A stretch of 64,000 nucleotides of DNA from positions 2,083 through 66,082 of the forward strand of contig JACVZY010000106.1 of NCBI GenBank assembly GCA_014654705.1, written 5' to 3'. Both the position numbers and the translations under genes were made by a program. Every line of letters starts with the position of its first letter. The first letter of the stretch is position 1. A model generated the notes under the pieces. That model worked only from the letters and a program-made list of their open reading frames with translations, ran no database searches and was not told the origin of the DNA. Of this stretch, positions 30,989 to 40,370 are shown one piece after another. The DNA is from Ignavibacteria bacterium (GTDB lineage: Bacteria > Bacteroidota > Ignavibacteria > Kapaibacteriales > UBA4661).

Positions 30989-31630
30989 ATGACGCAACGC
31001 TACTTCAATCTTGAACCCAACGCTACGCCGTATAACCGCACCTTTTTGTCCAAAGCTGAATTGGAAGCACGTCTGAGGGATTATATTGATGTGCTGGACT
31101 TACACAAGGTCATTAGCGCCTACGAGCTTGCCGAGAGTGTCCACGAACCGATTGTGCGGAATGACGGAACTCCTTTCTTTTACCATTCCACGCGAGTCTG
31201 CAAGATTTTGATTGACGAACTGGAATGTTTCGATGTAGATGTTCTGTCCGCATCACTGCTGCACGACGTTTTGGAAGATTCCACAACGGTAACAAAAGAA
31301 GTGCTGGAATATAATTTTGGTCAATATGTCGCCTATATTGTTGAAACCTTGACCAAAGACCTTCAGGAGCAGCGCCAAAAGCCGGACGAAATAGATTTGG
31401 CGCACGTAGAAAAACTGCGGAATGCCAGTGAGGATTGTCTTCTTATCCGCCTCACGGCTCGCCTTGATAACTTTCGGTGTCTGGAATTTAACCTCAAGCG
31501 CAGCCCGATAAGCTATATCAATAACACAACCGAGCGGTATATTCCCCTTGCCGAAAAGCGCATCAGCAATAAGCGCTTGCAATATATCGTCCGTGAGTTG
31601 AAAAAAGAGCGGAATAAGTTTTTGGGATAA
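30989..31630 (+). CDS. HD-domain protein, RelA/SpoT hydrolase (small alarmone hydrolase/MESH1)-like
   Basis: RNDGTPFFYH, SLLHDVLED, VETLTK, RLTARLDN. Confidence 0.82.
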   Translation: MTQRYFNLEPNATPYNRTFLSKAELEARLRDYIDVLDLHKVISAYELAESVHEPIVRNDGTPFFYHSTRVCKILIDELECFDVDVLSASLLHDVLEDSTTVTKEVLEYNFGQYVAYIVETLTKDLQEQRQKPDEIDLAHVEKLRNASEDCLLIRLTARLDNFRCLEFNLKRSPISYINNTTERYIPLAEKRISNKRLQYIVRELKKERNKFLG

Positions 31631-31667
31631 TTGGGTAATATTCTGCCGACCTTCATTCTTCTCTATC

Positions 31668-32558
31668 GTGAAATCACTCCGCAACCGTTTGATGACCTCG
31701 CTTTTACGTTCCGTAGGCATTATGGCGTATCGCCTTTCGCCTGAGCATCGCGCACGTCTTGGTACGTTTGCAGGAGAGGTCTTGCGCTTACTGAGCGCCT
31801 CACGACGGCGTATCACGCTAGAAAATTTGCGCCGTGCCTTTCCCGATAATACTCCCAAATGGCTGGAAGCAACAGCCCGCGCTTCGTATCGCAATCTCGG
31901 CACAACGCTTGTCGAGCTTCTTACTTTTCCCCATATCACGCCCAGCGAAGCCCGTGCCATGATTGATATGCACGGCACAGAGCAAATCGAAGAAGAAGTT
32001 CGGAAAGGGCGGGGAGTAATACTGGTGTCGGGGCACTTTGGAAATTGGGAGCTGCTGGCGTTTGCTTTTCCGCTGTACACAAACATACCCACGTCGGTAA
32101 TTGTTGCGCCGCAGTCGAATAAGTATGCCGAGCAGTATCTGCACTGGTATCGGTCGCGCACCGGAAACCGCATGATACCGATGGACAGAGCCGCTCGTGC
32201 TATCGTGGAGCGCCTGCGTAGTGCTGAAGCTATCGCACTTCTTGCCGACCAAGCCGCCACTGCCGATAGAGACGTGTTTGTGCCGTTCTTTGGAACGCTT
32301 GCCGCCACCTACGAAGCCCCTGCCACACTCACGCTCAAACTCAACGCACCAATGTTCACCGCCTTTGCTGTGCGTGAGGCTGATGGACGGTACTCAGTAG
32401 AGTTTCGCCGTATTCCGCATGAAGACTTATCTCCCGACAAAGATGGCATTACCGAACTGACGCGCCGCCATGTCGCCGCGCTGGAGGATGCTATTCGTGA
32501 ACGCCCCGACCTCTGGGCATGGCAGCACCGGCGTTGGAAGCATATCCACAAAGGGTAA
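31668..32558 (+). CDS. Lipid A late acyltransferase (LpxL/LpxP family)
   Basis: NLRRAFP, GHFGNWE, LLADQ, VPFFG, PDLWAWQHRRWK. Confidence 0.9.
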   Translation: MKSLRNRLMTSLLRSVGIMAYRLSPEHRARLGTFAGEVLRLLSASRRRITLENLRRAFPDNTPKWLEATARASYRNLGTTLVELLTFPHITPSEARAMIDMHGTEQIEEEVRKGRGVILVSGHFGNWELLAFAFPLYTNIPTSVIVAPQSNKYAEQYLHWYRSRTGNRMIPMDRAARAIVERLRSAEAIALLADQAATADRDVFVPFFGTLAATYEAPATLTLKLNAPMFTAFAVREADGRYSVEFRRIPHEDLSPDKDGITELTRRHVAALEDAIRERPDLWAWQHRRWKHIHKG

Positions 32559-32585
32559 AAATCAAAGAAAAAGTCGCAACCAACG

Positions 32586-34817
32586 TTACGCATAGATGTC
32601 ATCAAATGACGCTGTTGGTAATTCGACAATAAATGACGCGCCCCTGCCCAATTCCGATTCGCACCATACCTTGCCGTTCATGGCTTCGACCAGTTTTTTG
32701 ACAATACTCAAGCCCAAGCCCGTAGAGTGTTCGCCTGCTGTGGGTCTAGCTGAAAGGCGTGCAAACTTTCCAAATAGTTTCTTCATGTCTTCTTCCGACA
32801 AGCCCGGTCCTTCGTCGCATATCTCTACCCGTACCGCTCTGTCGCTTGCGCTCAGACGGACAAATATCTTTTTCCCGTGCGGAGAGTATTTGACGGCATT
32901 CGAGATAAGATTATCGAGTACCTGCATTACGGCTTGCTCATCGGCAACAACACTTACCGACTTCGAGGCTTCATAATGAAGAACGATATGCTTTTCCGCG
33001 GCTCTTGCCGCATAGTCCCTAACAGTGGCAGATAGCTTCGGCGCAATATCGAAAGAGACAATATTCATAGTGAATCCGCCTCGTTCGATGGCATTCACGT
33101 CCAAGAGATTGGCAATAATTTCCTGCATCCGCCCAGCTACGACCCCAATACTATGAAATTGCTCTTGAATGTCATTATCGTTCATACGGTCGTAATACCT
33201 TGTAGCCGTCCCTGATGCCATAATGATATGTGTTAAGGGGTTTTTGAGGTCATGTGCAGCAATACCGAGAAATTCGTTCTTTTCGTTGTTGAGACTTTCA
33301 AGTTCAAAGTTTTTTTCTTGTAGTGCCGTATTAGCAATTTCGATTTCACGGGCTTGTTCTTCTAAAATTTCCTGTTGGTGCTGCAAAGCAAGATTTTTTT
33401 CATGCAGTGCCGTATTCACTGTTTGAATATCAGCAGCTTGTGTTTCTAAAAGAAGCTGCTGGCGAAGTATTTCGGCATTATGCTCCTGTAAAGTCCGTTC
33501 CGATGATGCCTTCAAACGGTAACGGCTGTAGAGAGCTGCCAGAGCTGCCAGCAGTACCACGCCAAGTGCAATCAGCATTCGGCGCATTGTTTCTTGTAAT
33601 TCATGGTCTTTGGTCAGTGTCAGTATTTGCTTATCCTTCTTCACGGACTCGTACTGCTCCTGAAGTTGCATAGCTTTTTTTAATGATTCCTCATTAAGGA
33701 GGGTGTTACGTAGTTCGCTCAGTTTTCGATACTCTCGAAGTGCCTCCCGATGCCGACCTAGCGAATCATAGACGGTAACTAATGCATTCAATGACTCCTG
33801 GAGCAGAGTTTTTGCACCCATTTTCTCAGCGCTATCCACCGAACGCCGTGCGTATACCAAACCTTCTTGTGCCCTCCCCGCCGCTGCCAGCACGGAAGCA
33901 ATCGTTGCCAGTGAATTGATGATGTACGTAGATTCACCCATTTCTTCTTTGAGTCGAAGAGATTCGGTCATATACTGCAATGCGTCCTTATAGTTTCCTA
34001 ATATCTGGAGTAGTTCACCAATATCGTTCAGCCGTGCAGCCATGCTGTGTTTATCGCCGACTTCTTGACTAATGTGGTACGATTGTTGTAAAAATATCAT
34101 TGCCGAATCGTATTGCTTCTGTTGAAAATACATTTGACCAATGTTGCCCGCAGCAACAATGGTGGATTTATTATCATTTTGGGCAACGGCAAGGTTATAC
34201 GAACGGCGATAGTATTGCATGGCATTATCAAAATGGTGCAGATTTTGGTGGACAATCGCAATGTTGTTCAATGCCCGCGATATGTTTATCGTATCGGCAA
34301 GTGTTTCGTAAATGCTCAAAGATTGGAGATAGGTATCCAATGCTTCTTGAAACTTTCCTTGGTCGCCATAGACAATGCCAATACCGTTGTATGCTCGCGC
34401 AAGAAGAAAATTGTCGGGTATGCTTTTGGCAACGGCTACACCCCGGAAATGTGCCTCCAGAGCAGCATCGTACAAACCTTTTGTCTCCTTGATGTTGCCG
34501 ATATTGATGTACGCTCGTGCCTCGCCTCGTTTATCTTTAAGTTTTTCGGCAAGAGAGCACGCTTTTTCAGCGAGAATCATTGCGCTATCAGTTTTGTAGC
34601 CGTCATACAAATAGGCAAGTTGGTTTAGTGCTCGTACGGTTGCGGTGTCGGAAAGCGAACGGCTCTCACTCGCACGAATAGTCTTCAAGAGAGAGTCTGC
34701 TGCTAGCGGTTGCGACAACAGATGAGGAGTAAATAGGATGTATCCGAAGAAAATCATCATTCTTCTCAAAAAGCATCGCACCTCAAGCTCTGAAAATGCT
34801 ACGAAAATGTGGTTCAT
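32586..34817 (-). CDS. TPR-sensor histidine kinase
   Basis: TPR repeats, TM, duplicated coiled coil, AHDLKNPL, NAVKYSP, RLSARPTAGEHSTGLGL. Confidence 0.93.
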   Translation of the reverse strand: MNHIFVAFSELEVRCFLRRMMIFFGYILFTPHLLSQPLAADSLLKTIRASESRSLSDTATVRALNQLAYLYDGYKTDSAMILAEKACSLAEKLKDKRGEARAYINIGNIKETKGLYDAALEAHFRGVAVAKSIPDNFLLARAYNGIGIVYGDQGKFQEALDTYLQSLSIYETLADTINISRALNNIAIVHQNLHHFDNAMQYYRRSYNLAVAQNDNKSTIVAAGNIGQMYFQQKQYDSAMIFLQQSYHISQEVGDKHSMAARLNDIGELLQILGNYKDALQYMTESLRLKEEMGESTYIINSLATIASVLAAAGRAQEGLVYARRSVDSAEKMGAKTLLQESLNALVTVYDSLGRHREALREYRKLSELRNTLLNEESLKKAMQLQEQYESVKKDKQILTLTKDHELQETMRRMLIALGVVLLAALAALYSRYRLKASSERTLQEHNAEILRQQLLLETQAADIQTVNTALHEKNLALQHQQEILEEQAREIEIANTALQEKNFELESLNNEKNEFLGIAAHDLKNPLTHIIMASGTATRYYDRMNDNDIQEQFHSIGVVAGRMQEIIANLLDVNAIERGGFTMNIVSFDIAPKLSATVRDYAARAAEKHIVLHYEASKSVSVVADEQAVMQVLDNLISNAVKYSPHGKKIFVRLSASDRAVRVEICDEGPGLSEEDMKKLFGKFARLSARPTAGEHSTGLGLSIVKKLVEAMNGKVWCESELGRGASFIVELPTASFDDIYA

Positions 34818-34885
34818 AGAGATAATCTCTCGAAAATTGACTGCCGTAATGTAAGCATAGTGTCGTTCACCAATCTAAAAATATC

Positions 34886-37800
34886 TTAGCCTTCAACAAC
34901 AGGCAATTCAACAATAAAGGTCGCACCTTTACCAAGCTCTGATTCGCACCATACCTTACCGTTCATGGCTTCGACCAGTTTTTTAACGATACTCAAGCCC
35001 AAACCAGTGCTTTGCTCTCCAGCAGTGGGACGCGCTGAAAGGCGGGCAAATTTTCCGAAAAGCTTTGCCATGTCTTCTTCCGACACTCCTGGTCCTTCGT
35101 CGCGGATGCTGATTTGGACGGAGTGCTGCGACGCAGCCTCCGATTGCGTTCCTTTGTTTCGGTTTTTCATGGTGATTGTCATCCAAATTGTTTTACCCAG
35201 AGGTGAGTATTTTATTGCATTGGAAAGAAGATTATCCAACACTTCCCACGCTCGAATCGGGTCAACTATTACTCTTGCTGACGATACGTTATCGTAGATA
35301 AGTGTTATTCCTTTCGCATCCGCTTGCATACGGTATTGTTCTACAATCGCTTTGAGGGTGTCAGCAATATCACATTCTATTGATTTTAGACTCAATGCTC
35401 CCGATTCAATAGCATTAATGTCTAAGAGATTCGTCACTATTTCTTCCATGCGTGTTGCGGTAAATTCAACTTTCTGCATTTGCTTCATCACATCATCGCC
35501 GGTAATTTTATCGCGGTATCTCTGCATCATTGAGGCAATGAGCTTGATGCTGGTGATGGGATTTTTGAGGTCATGTGCAACAATTCCTAAAAATTCATTC
35601 TTTTCATGATTGAGGTGTTCCAAAAGATGATTTTTTTCATGCAATGTGGTGTTGACCATTTCTATTTCCCGTGCCTGCTCTTCCAAAATTCCGTGCTGCT
35701 GGTGAATTTCTCTATTATTTGCCTCCAGCTCAGCAAGAGTTGTTTGAAGCTCTTGTGTACGCACGTGAACTACTTGCTTGAGTTTTCTATTTTGCATTTC
35801 CACCACATTTATTCGTACGTAGTACCCTGCTCCCAAACCACCCACAAAGAGAATAACCACCAATCCTCTAAACCACCAAGTAAGCCACCAAGGCGGTAAA
35901 ATGCGGAGTTCAAGCGTACTGCCTGTTTTGTTCCATACACCATCGTTATTACTTGCTCTAACGCGAAATTGATACGTTCCGGGGTCAAGATTTGTATAGT
36001 TAACCGAACGCTGAGTACCGGCTTGAATCCAATCTCTATCAAATCCCTCCAGTTTGTACGCATACTGATTTTTCTGCGGATTCACGTAATTCAGTGCGGC
36101 AAATTCAAAGGAGATAAAATTGTCGCTGTGGTAAATTTCTATGACGTGGGCTGCACTTATTGCGGTGTCAAGCAGTACGACCTTGTTAAATTTTTTGAAT
36201 GCTGTTAGGACGACGGGCGGCAAAAACGGATTATCAAGGACGCGGTTTGGTAGAAACGATACCAAGCCCTCCATAGACCCAAAGAAGAGTTCACCACTGT
36301 TCGCTCTGAAATACGCACCCTGATTGAATTCATTACTCGGCAAGCCGTCGCTGAGAGTGTAAGCGCGAAATGTCTGGCTTGTGGGATTGAACTTCGCAAG
36401 CCCACGGTTGGTACTGAGCCAGAGATTGCCCGCATCATCGGGCAGAATACCATAGACAACATTATTCGGCAATCCTTCAGCCTCTGTCCAGTGCCGAACC
36501 GTACCTGTTTTTATATTAACCAAGAATAAACCGCCGTTTGTTCCTAACCAAAGGATACCTTTCGACGTTGTGTCTTCATACATACAGCGTACATTATTGC
36601 TGCCCGTGGCAGCGGAAGTACTTTTATCGTATACAAACTGAACACAGCTGTCCGTTGTTCTATCGAACCGCCACAGACCGCCATCGCTTGTGCCCAACCA
36701 CAAACCACCGTCACTTCCTTCGACCATAGCACGAACAGCTCCCGCTCCGACACCGCGACTGACGAAACTATCGGCTGCACGGTTGTAGTTATAGAGAAGG
36801 CTGCTATTTGTACCAACCCAAAGCTCACCGCCACGATCTTCAAAGATTTTGAATATCACCTTTGTCTGAATACTTGCCGAGTCATTTGTGTTCTGTCTAT
36901 ATTGTTTGAAGGTGTTTTTCTTGAAGTCATATCTGCAGAGTCCGCCACTAAACGTCCCTATCCACAACATTCCACGTCGGTCGCAGTAAAGCGATCGGAT
37001 ATCGTTATCGGGAAGCCCTTTTGCGATATGGATTCCCCTGTGGGTCTGTCTGCGAAAAATACGTTCTGCGCCCGTTGTGCGGTCATAACGCCATAATCCG
37101 TTTGCTGTTCCTACCCACAGTGCTTTGTTGCCGAAGTGTTCCTCGCAGACAGCCCGCACAGCATTGTGTGGTAAGCTGAGTGTATCGTAGAGAGTTTGTC
37201 GATATACCATAAAATGATTTGCTTCAGGATGGACATAGCTCAGACCATTTCCTCCTGTGCCAAACCACAGCAAACCGGAACGGTCTTCCACAATAGAAGC
37301 AATATTATTGATTTTCAAACTTTGGTCGTCTTTTGGGTCATGTTGGAATGTGGTAAAGATTTTTTTCTCTCGGTCGAATCGGCAAAGTCCATTGCGTGTT
37401 CCTATCCAGAATTCGCCCCGATGGTCTTCATATAGAGCATTTACCTCATTACCGGAAAGACTCAGTGAGTTTTTTGCCTCGGTGGTATAGGTCGTAAAAT
37501 CATTCGTTACGTTATTGTATTGGCAAAGCCCGCCACCGAAAGTACCAACCCATAAAGCTCCATGTCGGTCGGTATAGACAACGCGGACGATATTGTGACT
37601 CAAACTGCTCGGTTTGGTAGGATGATGTGTATAGCGCGTAAAGGAACCGTTATCGGCGTTAAATCGGCATAGTCCTTCTTCTGTGCCGACCCAAAGATTG
37701 CCGTGAGCATCCTCGCAAATACTATACACCTTGTTATTGCTGATACTTTGTGGGTTTTGTGGATTATGTGTAAAGGTAGTGATATTCCCCGTTGTGCGGT

Positions 37801-38299
37801 CAATTTTTTGCAGCCCATCTCCCAATGTCCCTACCCATAATATTCCCCGTTTATCTTCGTACAGGGCAAATACACCTTTGGGATTTGGTACGTTAGTGGT
37901 GTGTATGAAGCTCTCTGAAGCTGCATTGTATTGGCATAACCCAGCGCGTGTGCCTGCCCAAAGTACGCCGGAGCGGTCTTCGTACAGCGTATAGATCAAA
38001 TTATTTGGCAGCGAAGTTGAATCGTTGGGACGATGACGAAAAGTTGTAAAGGTATATCCATCATATCGGTTCAAGCCATCTTCGGTGCCAATCCACAGGA
38101 ACCCCTTTGTATCTTGGACAAGACACAATGCACTACCCTGAGATAAACCCTGCTCAATTCCCAAATGTGAGAAATAAAGTTTCTCCTGAGCAATCTTACC
38201 TATCGTGCTCTGTTGCGCAAGAAGGTGTAGAACACAAGCGTAATGAAACACCGCAACAATGGCACTGGTTTTGAATATCCGTACGATATTAGTGAGCAT
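34886..38299 (-). CDS. Beta-propeller / Y_Y_Y sensor histidine kinase
   Basis: GLSQ...GFLWIGTEDGLNRYDG, Reg_prop repeats, YTNLDPGTY, PPWW, AHDLKNPI; start uncertain (ORF open to 38401). Confidence 0.93.
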   Translation of the reverse strand: MLTNIVRIFKTSAIVAVFHYACVLHLLAQQSTIGKIAQEKLYFSHLGIEQGLSQGSALCLVQDTKGFLWIGTEDGLNRYDGYTFTTFRHRPNDSTSLPNNLIYTLYEDRSGVLWAGTRAGLCQYNAASESFIHTTNVPNPKGVFALYEDKRGILWVGTLGDGLQKIDRTTGNITTFTHNPQNPQSISNNKVYSICEDAHGNLWVGTEEGLCRFNADNGSFTRYTHHPTKPSSLSHNIVRVVYTDRHGALWVGTFGGGLCQYNNVTNDFTTYTTEAKNSLSLSGNEVNALYEDHRGEFWIGTRNGLCRFDREKKIFTTFQHDPKDDQSLKINNIASIVEDRSGLLWFGTGGNGLSYVHPEANHFMVYRQTLYDTLSLPHNAVRAVCEEHFGNKALWVGTANGLWRYDRTTGAERIFRRQTHRGIHIAKGLPDNDIRSLYCDRRGMLWIGTFSGGLCRYDFKKNTFKQYRQNTNDSASIQTKVIFKIFEDRGGELWVGTNSSLLYNYNRAADSFVSRGVGAGAVRAMVEGSDGGLWLGTSDGGLWRFDRTTDSCVQFVYDKSTSAATGSNNVRCMYEDTTSKGILWLGTNGGLFLVNIKTGTVRHWTEAEGLPNNVVYGILPDDAGNLWLSTNRGLAKFNPTSQTFRAYTLSDGLPSNEFNQGAYFRANSGELFFGSMEGLVSFLPNRVLDNPFLPPVVLTAFKKFNKVVLLDTAISAAHVIEIYHSDNFISFEFAALNYVNPQKNQYAYKLEGFDRDWIQAGTQRSVNYTNLDPGTYQFRVRASNNDGVWNKTGSTLELRILPPWWLTWWFRGLVVILFVGGLGAGYYVRINVVEMQNRKLKQVVHVRTQELQTTLAELEANNREIHQQHGILEEQAREIEMVNTTLHEKNHLLEHLNHEKNEFLGIVAHDLKNPITSIKLIASMMQRYRDKITGDDVMKQMQKVEFTATRMEEIVTNLLDINAIESGALSLKSIECDIADTLKAIVEQYRMQADAKGITLIYDNVSSARVIVDPIRAWEVLDNLLSNAIKYSPLGKTIWMTITMKNRNKGTQSEAASQHSVQISIRDEGPGVSEEDMAKLFGKFARLSARPTAGEQSTGLGLSIVKKLVEAMNGKVWCESELGKGATFIVELPVVEG

Positions 38300-38428
38300 A
38301 AAGGCTTTCCCTTGAATGTAAGCAGAAGTTGAAACGAACATACGAGATAAACACCCGGTGGTCAAATGTACCGAGCCTTGAAATCGAACTATACTTCTCA
38401 AACATATTCAAAGTTTCTGTCATTCTTG

Positions 38429-38821
38429 CTACGGAATGGATAAATTTATGTTCTTTTCCGAGCACACTTTCTTTATCCTATCAACGACCGCTTTATCAGG
38501 TATCAAAAGCGGTAGTTGAATCTGTTCTTTGTTGATATTCCAAAAAAGGTATTCTCCTTGTGCTAAGGAGCATATTGTTTGTTCAAGGTCATCAAGGGAG
38601 GTTTTTTGAACAACGACTAACTCCGAATGGTCTTTGAGCCTATTAGTTCCCGGCAGAAGCGCATAATACCAAACGCCGCTCTCAAGCCGCCACGTGTAGA
38701 GTTCATAGCCTTTGGTGGACGTGTTCAGTGTGTCGGTCTGTTTTTGGCACCCTGAAAATAGGAAGACACTAAAGCAAAGTATCAACATTGCTTTAGTCTC
38801 AATTTTCATGTGTTTAATCAT
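38429..38821 (-). CDS. Hypothetical lipoprotein
   Basis: Hydrophobic stretch ending in lipobox FSGC; KGYELYTW and LLPGTNR segments; start uncertain. Confidence 0.65.
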   Translation of the reverse strand: MIKHMKIETKAMLILCFSVFLFSGCQKQTDTLNTSTKGYELYTWRLESGVWYYALLPGTNRLKDHSELVVVQKTSLDDLEQTICSLAQGEYLFWNINKEQIQLPLLIPDKAVVDRIKKVCSEKNINLSIP

Positions 38822-38868
38822 AGTGAGTATTGTAAAAAAAGTGAAAATAAAAGTGAAAAATAACCACA

Positions 38869-39252
38869 CTATTTTTCAAGCATGGTGTGGGCTTCCAAGG
38901 CTTCTGCTATGGCGTTTAATACAGTATTTATTTTGAACGGCTTGCCGAAAAAGCTGATACCATTCTTTTGAGCGAAGATTTTTCCCGGGTAACCTGCACT
39001 CATGAGCACAATGATTGGTTGAGGGAATTGTTGCTGAATGGCTCGAATCAACTCTTCGCCGTCCATACCCGGCATATCAAAATCTGTCAGAACGACATCA
39101 ATATTCTGTTCTGACAGAATATTCAGTGCTTCTTTACCACCTTCGGCGGTAAGGACGGTATAGTGCTCAGATAACAAAAGTTGCAATATTTCGCGCATCA
39201 AAATATCGTCATCTACAACGAGGATAGTGCTGGAGTGAAATTGTTGGCTCAT
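38869..39252 (-). CDS. Stand-alone (CheY-like) receiver protein
   Basis: VVDDD, LTDFDMPGMDG, MSA, KPF. Confidence 0.9.
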   Translation of the reverse strand: MSQQFHSSTILVVDDDILMREILQLLLSEHYTVLTAEGGKEALNILSEQNIDVVLTDFDMPGMDGEELIRAIQQQFPQPIIVLMSAGYPGKIFAQKNGISFFGKPFKINTVLNAIAEALEAHTMLEK

Positions 39253-39348
39253 ATCATCTTGGAGAAAAATAGGAAATAATAAGCATTGGTTTGGACAATA
39301 AAGACGAGAGGGTAGTTTACATTATCTTTTGAGGATGTACTCTTGGCT

Positions 39349-39759
39349 CTACAGTGATAATGATGGCGTTTGAGCCGCCGTTTGCATTGAATCTTTCGTC
39401 AATGCAGAATCCAGTGTCGCAATAACGTTCTCTGCCCCATATGGCTTTTGAATAAATGATATACCCATTGCATCTGCGCGAACTTGTCCTGATTCGCCGG
39501 TACTCATCATTACCAATGCAATGTCCGGATACTGTTCTCTAATGATTGCACAGAGTTCATCGCCGTGCATTCGAGGCATACAGTAATCGGTGAGAACTAT
39601 CGAAATATCGCTTCTACTTTCAAGCATGGATAATGCTTCATCCGCATTATTTGCTAAGAGTGGATAATAGCTTGCCGAAAGTATTGTTCTGAGGACGAAT
39701 AAACTAAAACGGTCATCATCCACAAGCAATATGGTCGGTTGAGAAGAGGTTTGCACCAT
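39349..39759 (-). CDS. Stand-alone (CheY-like) receiver protein
   Basis: LVDDD, LTDYCMPRMHG, MST, KPY. Confidence 0.9.
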   Translation of the reverse strand: MVQTSSQPTILLVDDDRFSLFVLRTILSASYYPLLANNADEALSMLESRSDISIVLTDYCMPRMHGDELCAIIREQYPDIALVMMSTGESGQVRADAMGISFIQKPYGAENVIATLDSALTKDSMQTAAQTPSLSL

Positions 39760-39894
39760 ATCCGATATGCTCCGCGTTGTTGGAAGAGAGTTTTTCTATT
39801 GGTATGTTTTCTTCTTAATTTCAAATGTATTTTTCCTGTTCGCTGAGGACAGAGAAGCGTGAACAGTCCGACACTGTTTGGCAGCTATCCTCAT

Positions 39895-40002
39895 CTAAAG
39901 CACGATAAACAACGTCAAAATTATCAATGAGATGGTGATGATGGCTTTTGAAAATGTCTTCACATTCTCGTCGCTTGCCGATTGCACTTTTATGGGTTTC
40001 AT
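39895..40002 (-). CDS. Putative 35-aa small membrane protein
   Basis: Hand-translated: MKPIKVQSASDENVKTFSKAIITISLIILTLFIVL*; 16-residue uncharged hydrophobic C-terminus; below the ORF-track cut-off. Confidence 0.45.
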   Translation of the reverse strand: MKPIKVQSASDENVKTFSKAIITISLIILTLFIVL

Positions 40003-40102
40003 GATGAAAGTTGCACGAAATGATGGAAGAAACTACCACAGATTAAATTTACACACATCGGGGCAATTTCTTTGCAATCACAAATTAGAAAAGTTGTCAG
40101 GA

Positions 40103-40190
40103 CAAAATTACTGTACAACATTCTACAAAAGAAAAAAGAATGACAAACGTGCTTTTAAGAATGACAAACGTGCTTTTAGGGGTGACGAAC
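40103..40190 (-). promoter_or_regulatory. Putative LytTR operator array (3x, 21-bp period) plus -7 box
   Basis: tgacaaac at 40141 and 40162 (inside a perfect 21-bp tandem duplication), tgacgaac at 40183; TAATTTTG on the - strand at 40110-40103. Confidence 0.72.
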
Positions 40191-40370
40191 ATAGTCATCA
40201 CAAAATTGAGGGCGTTGGTCATAATTGCATAGGAACTTACGGCGGTTATTCCGATTTTTGAAGTGTAAGCAGAATGTAGCAAAGCTAGAATTGAAGAAGT
40301 ATTGCACTGATTGCTCTTCAACCTTGGGAATCGTATGTTCCATTATTCATCTGTCAACATCATACCGACG

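Noticed and set aside
31253..32308. 351-aa - strand ORF, and similar long shadows at 49249-49923, 29570-30223 and 56015-56677
   Set aside because: Antisense to well-supported genes and without recognisable motifs.
39821..40039. 72-aa ORF containing HHHH
   Set aside because: GTG start, no recognisable features; overlaps the more protein-like 35-aa ORF in another frame. Not fully excluded.
40136..40190. 21-bp direct repeats as a mini-CRISPR
   Set aside because: No unique spacers, period too short and no cas genes; an operator fits better.
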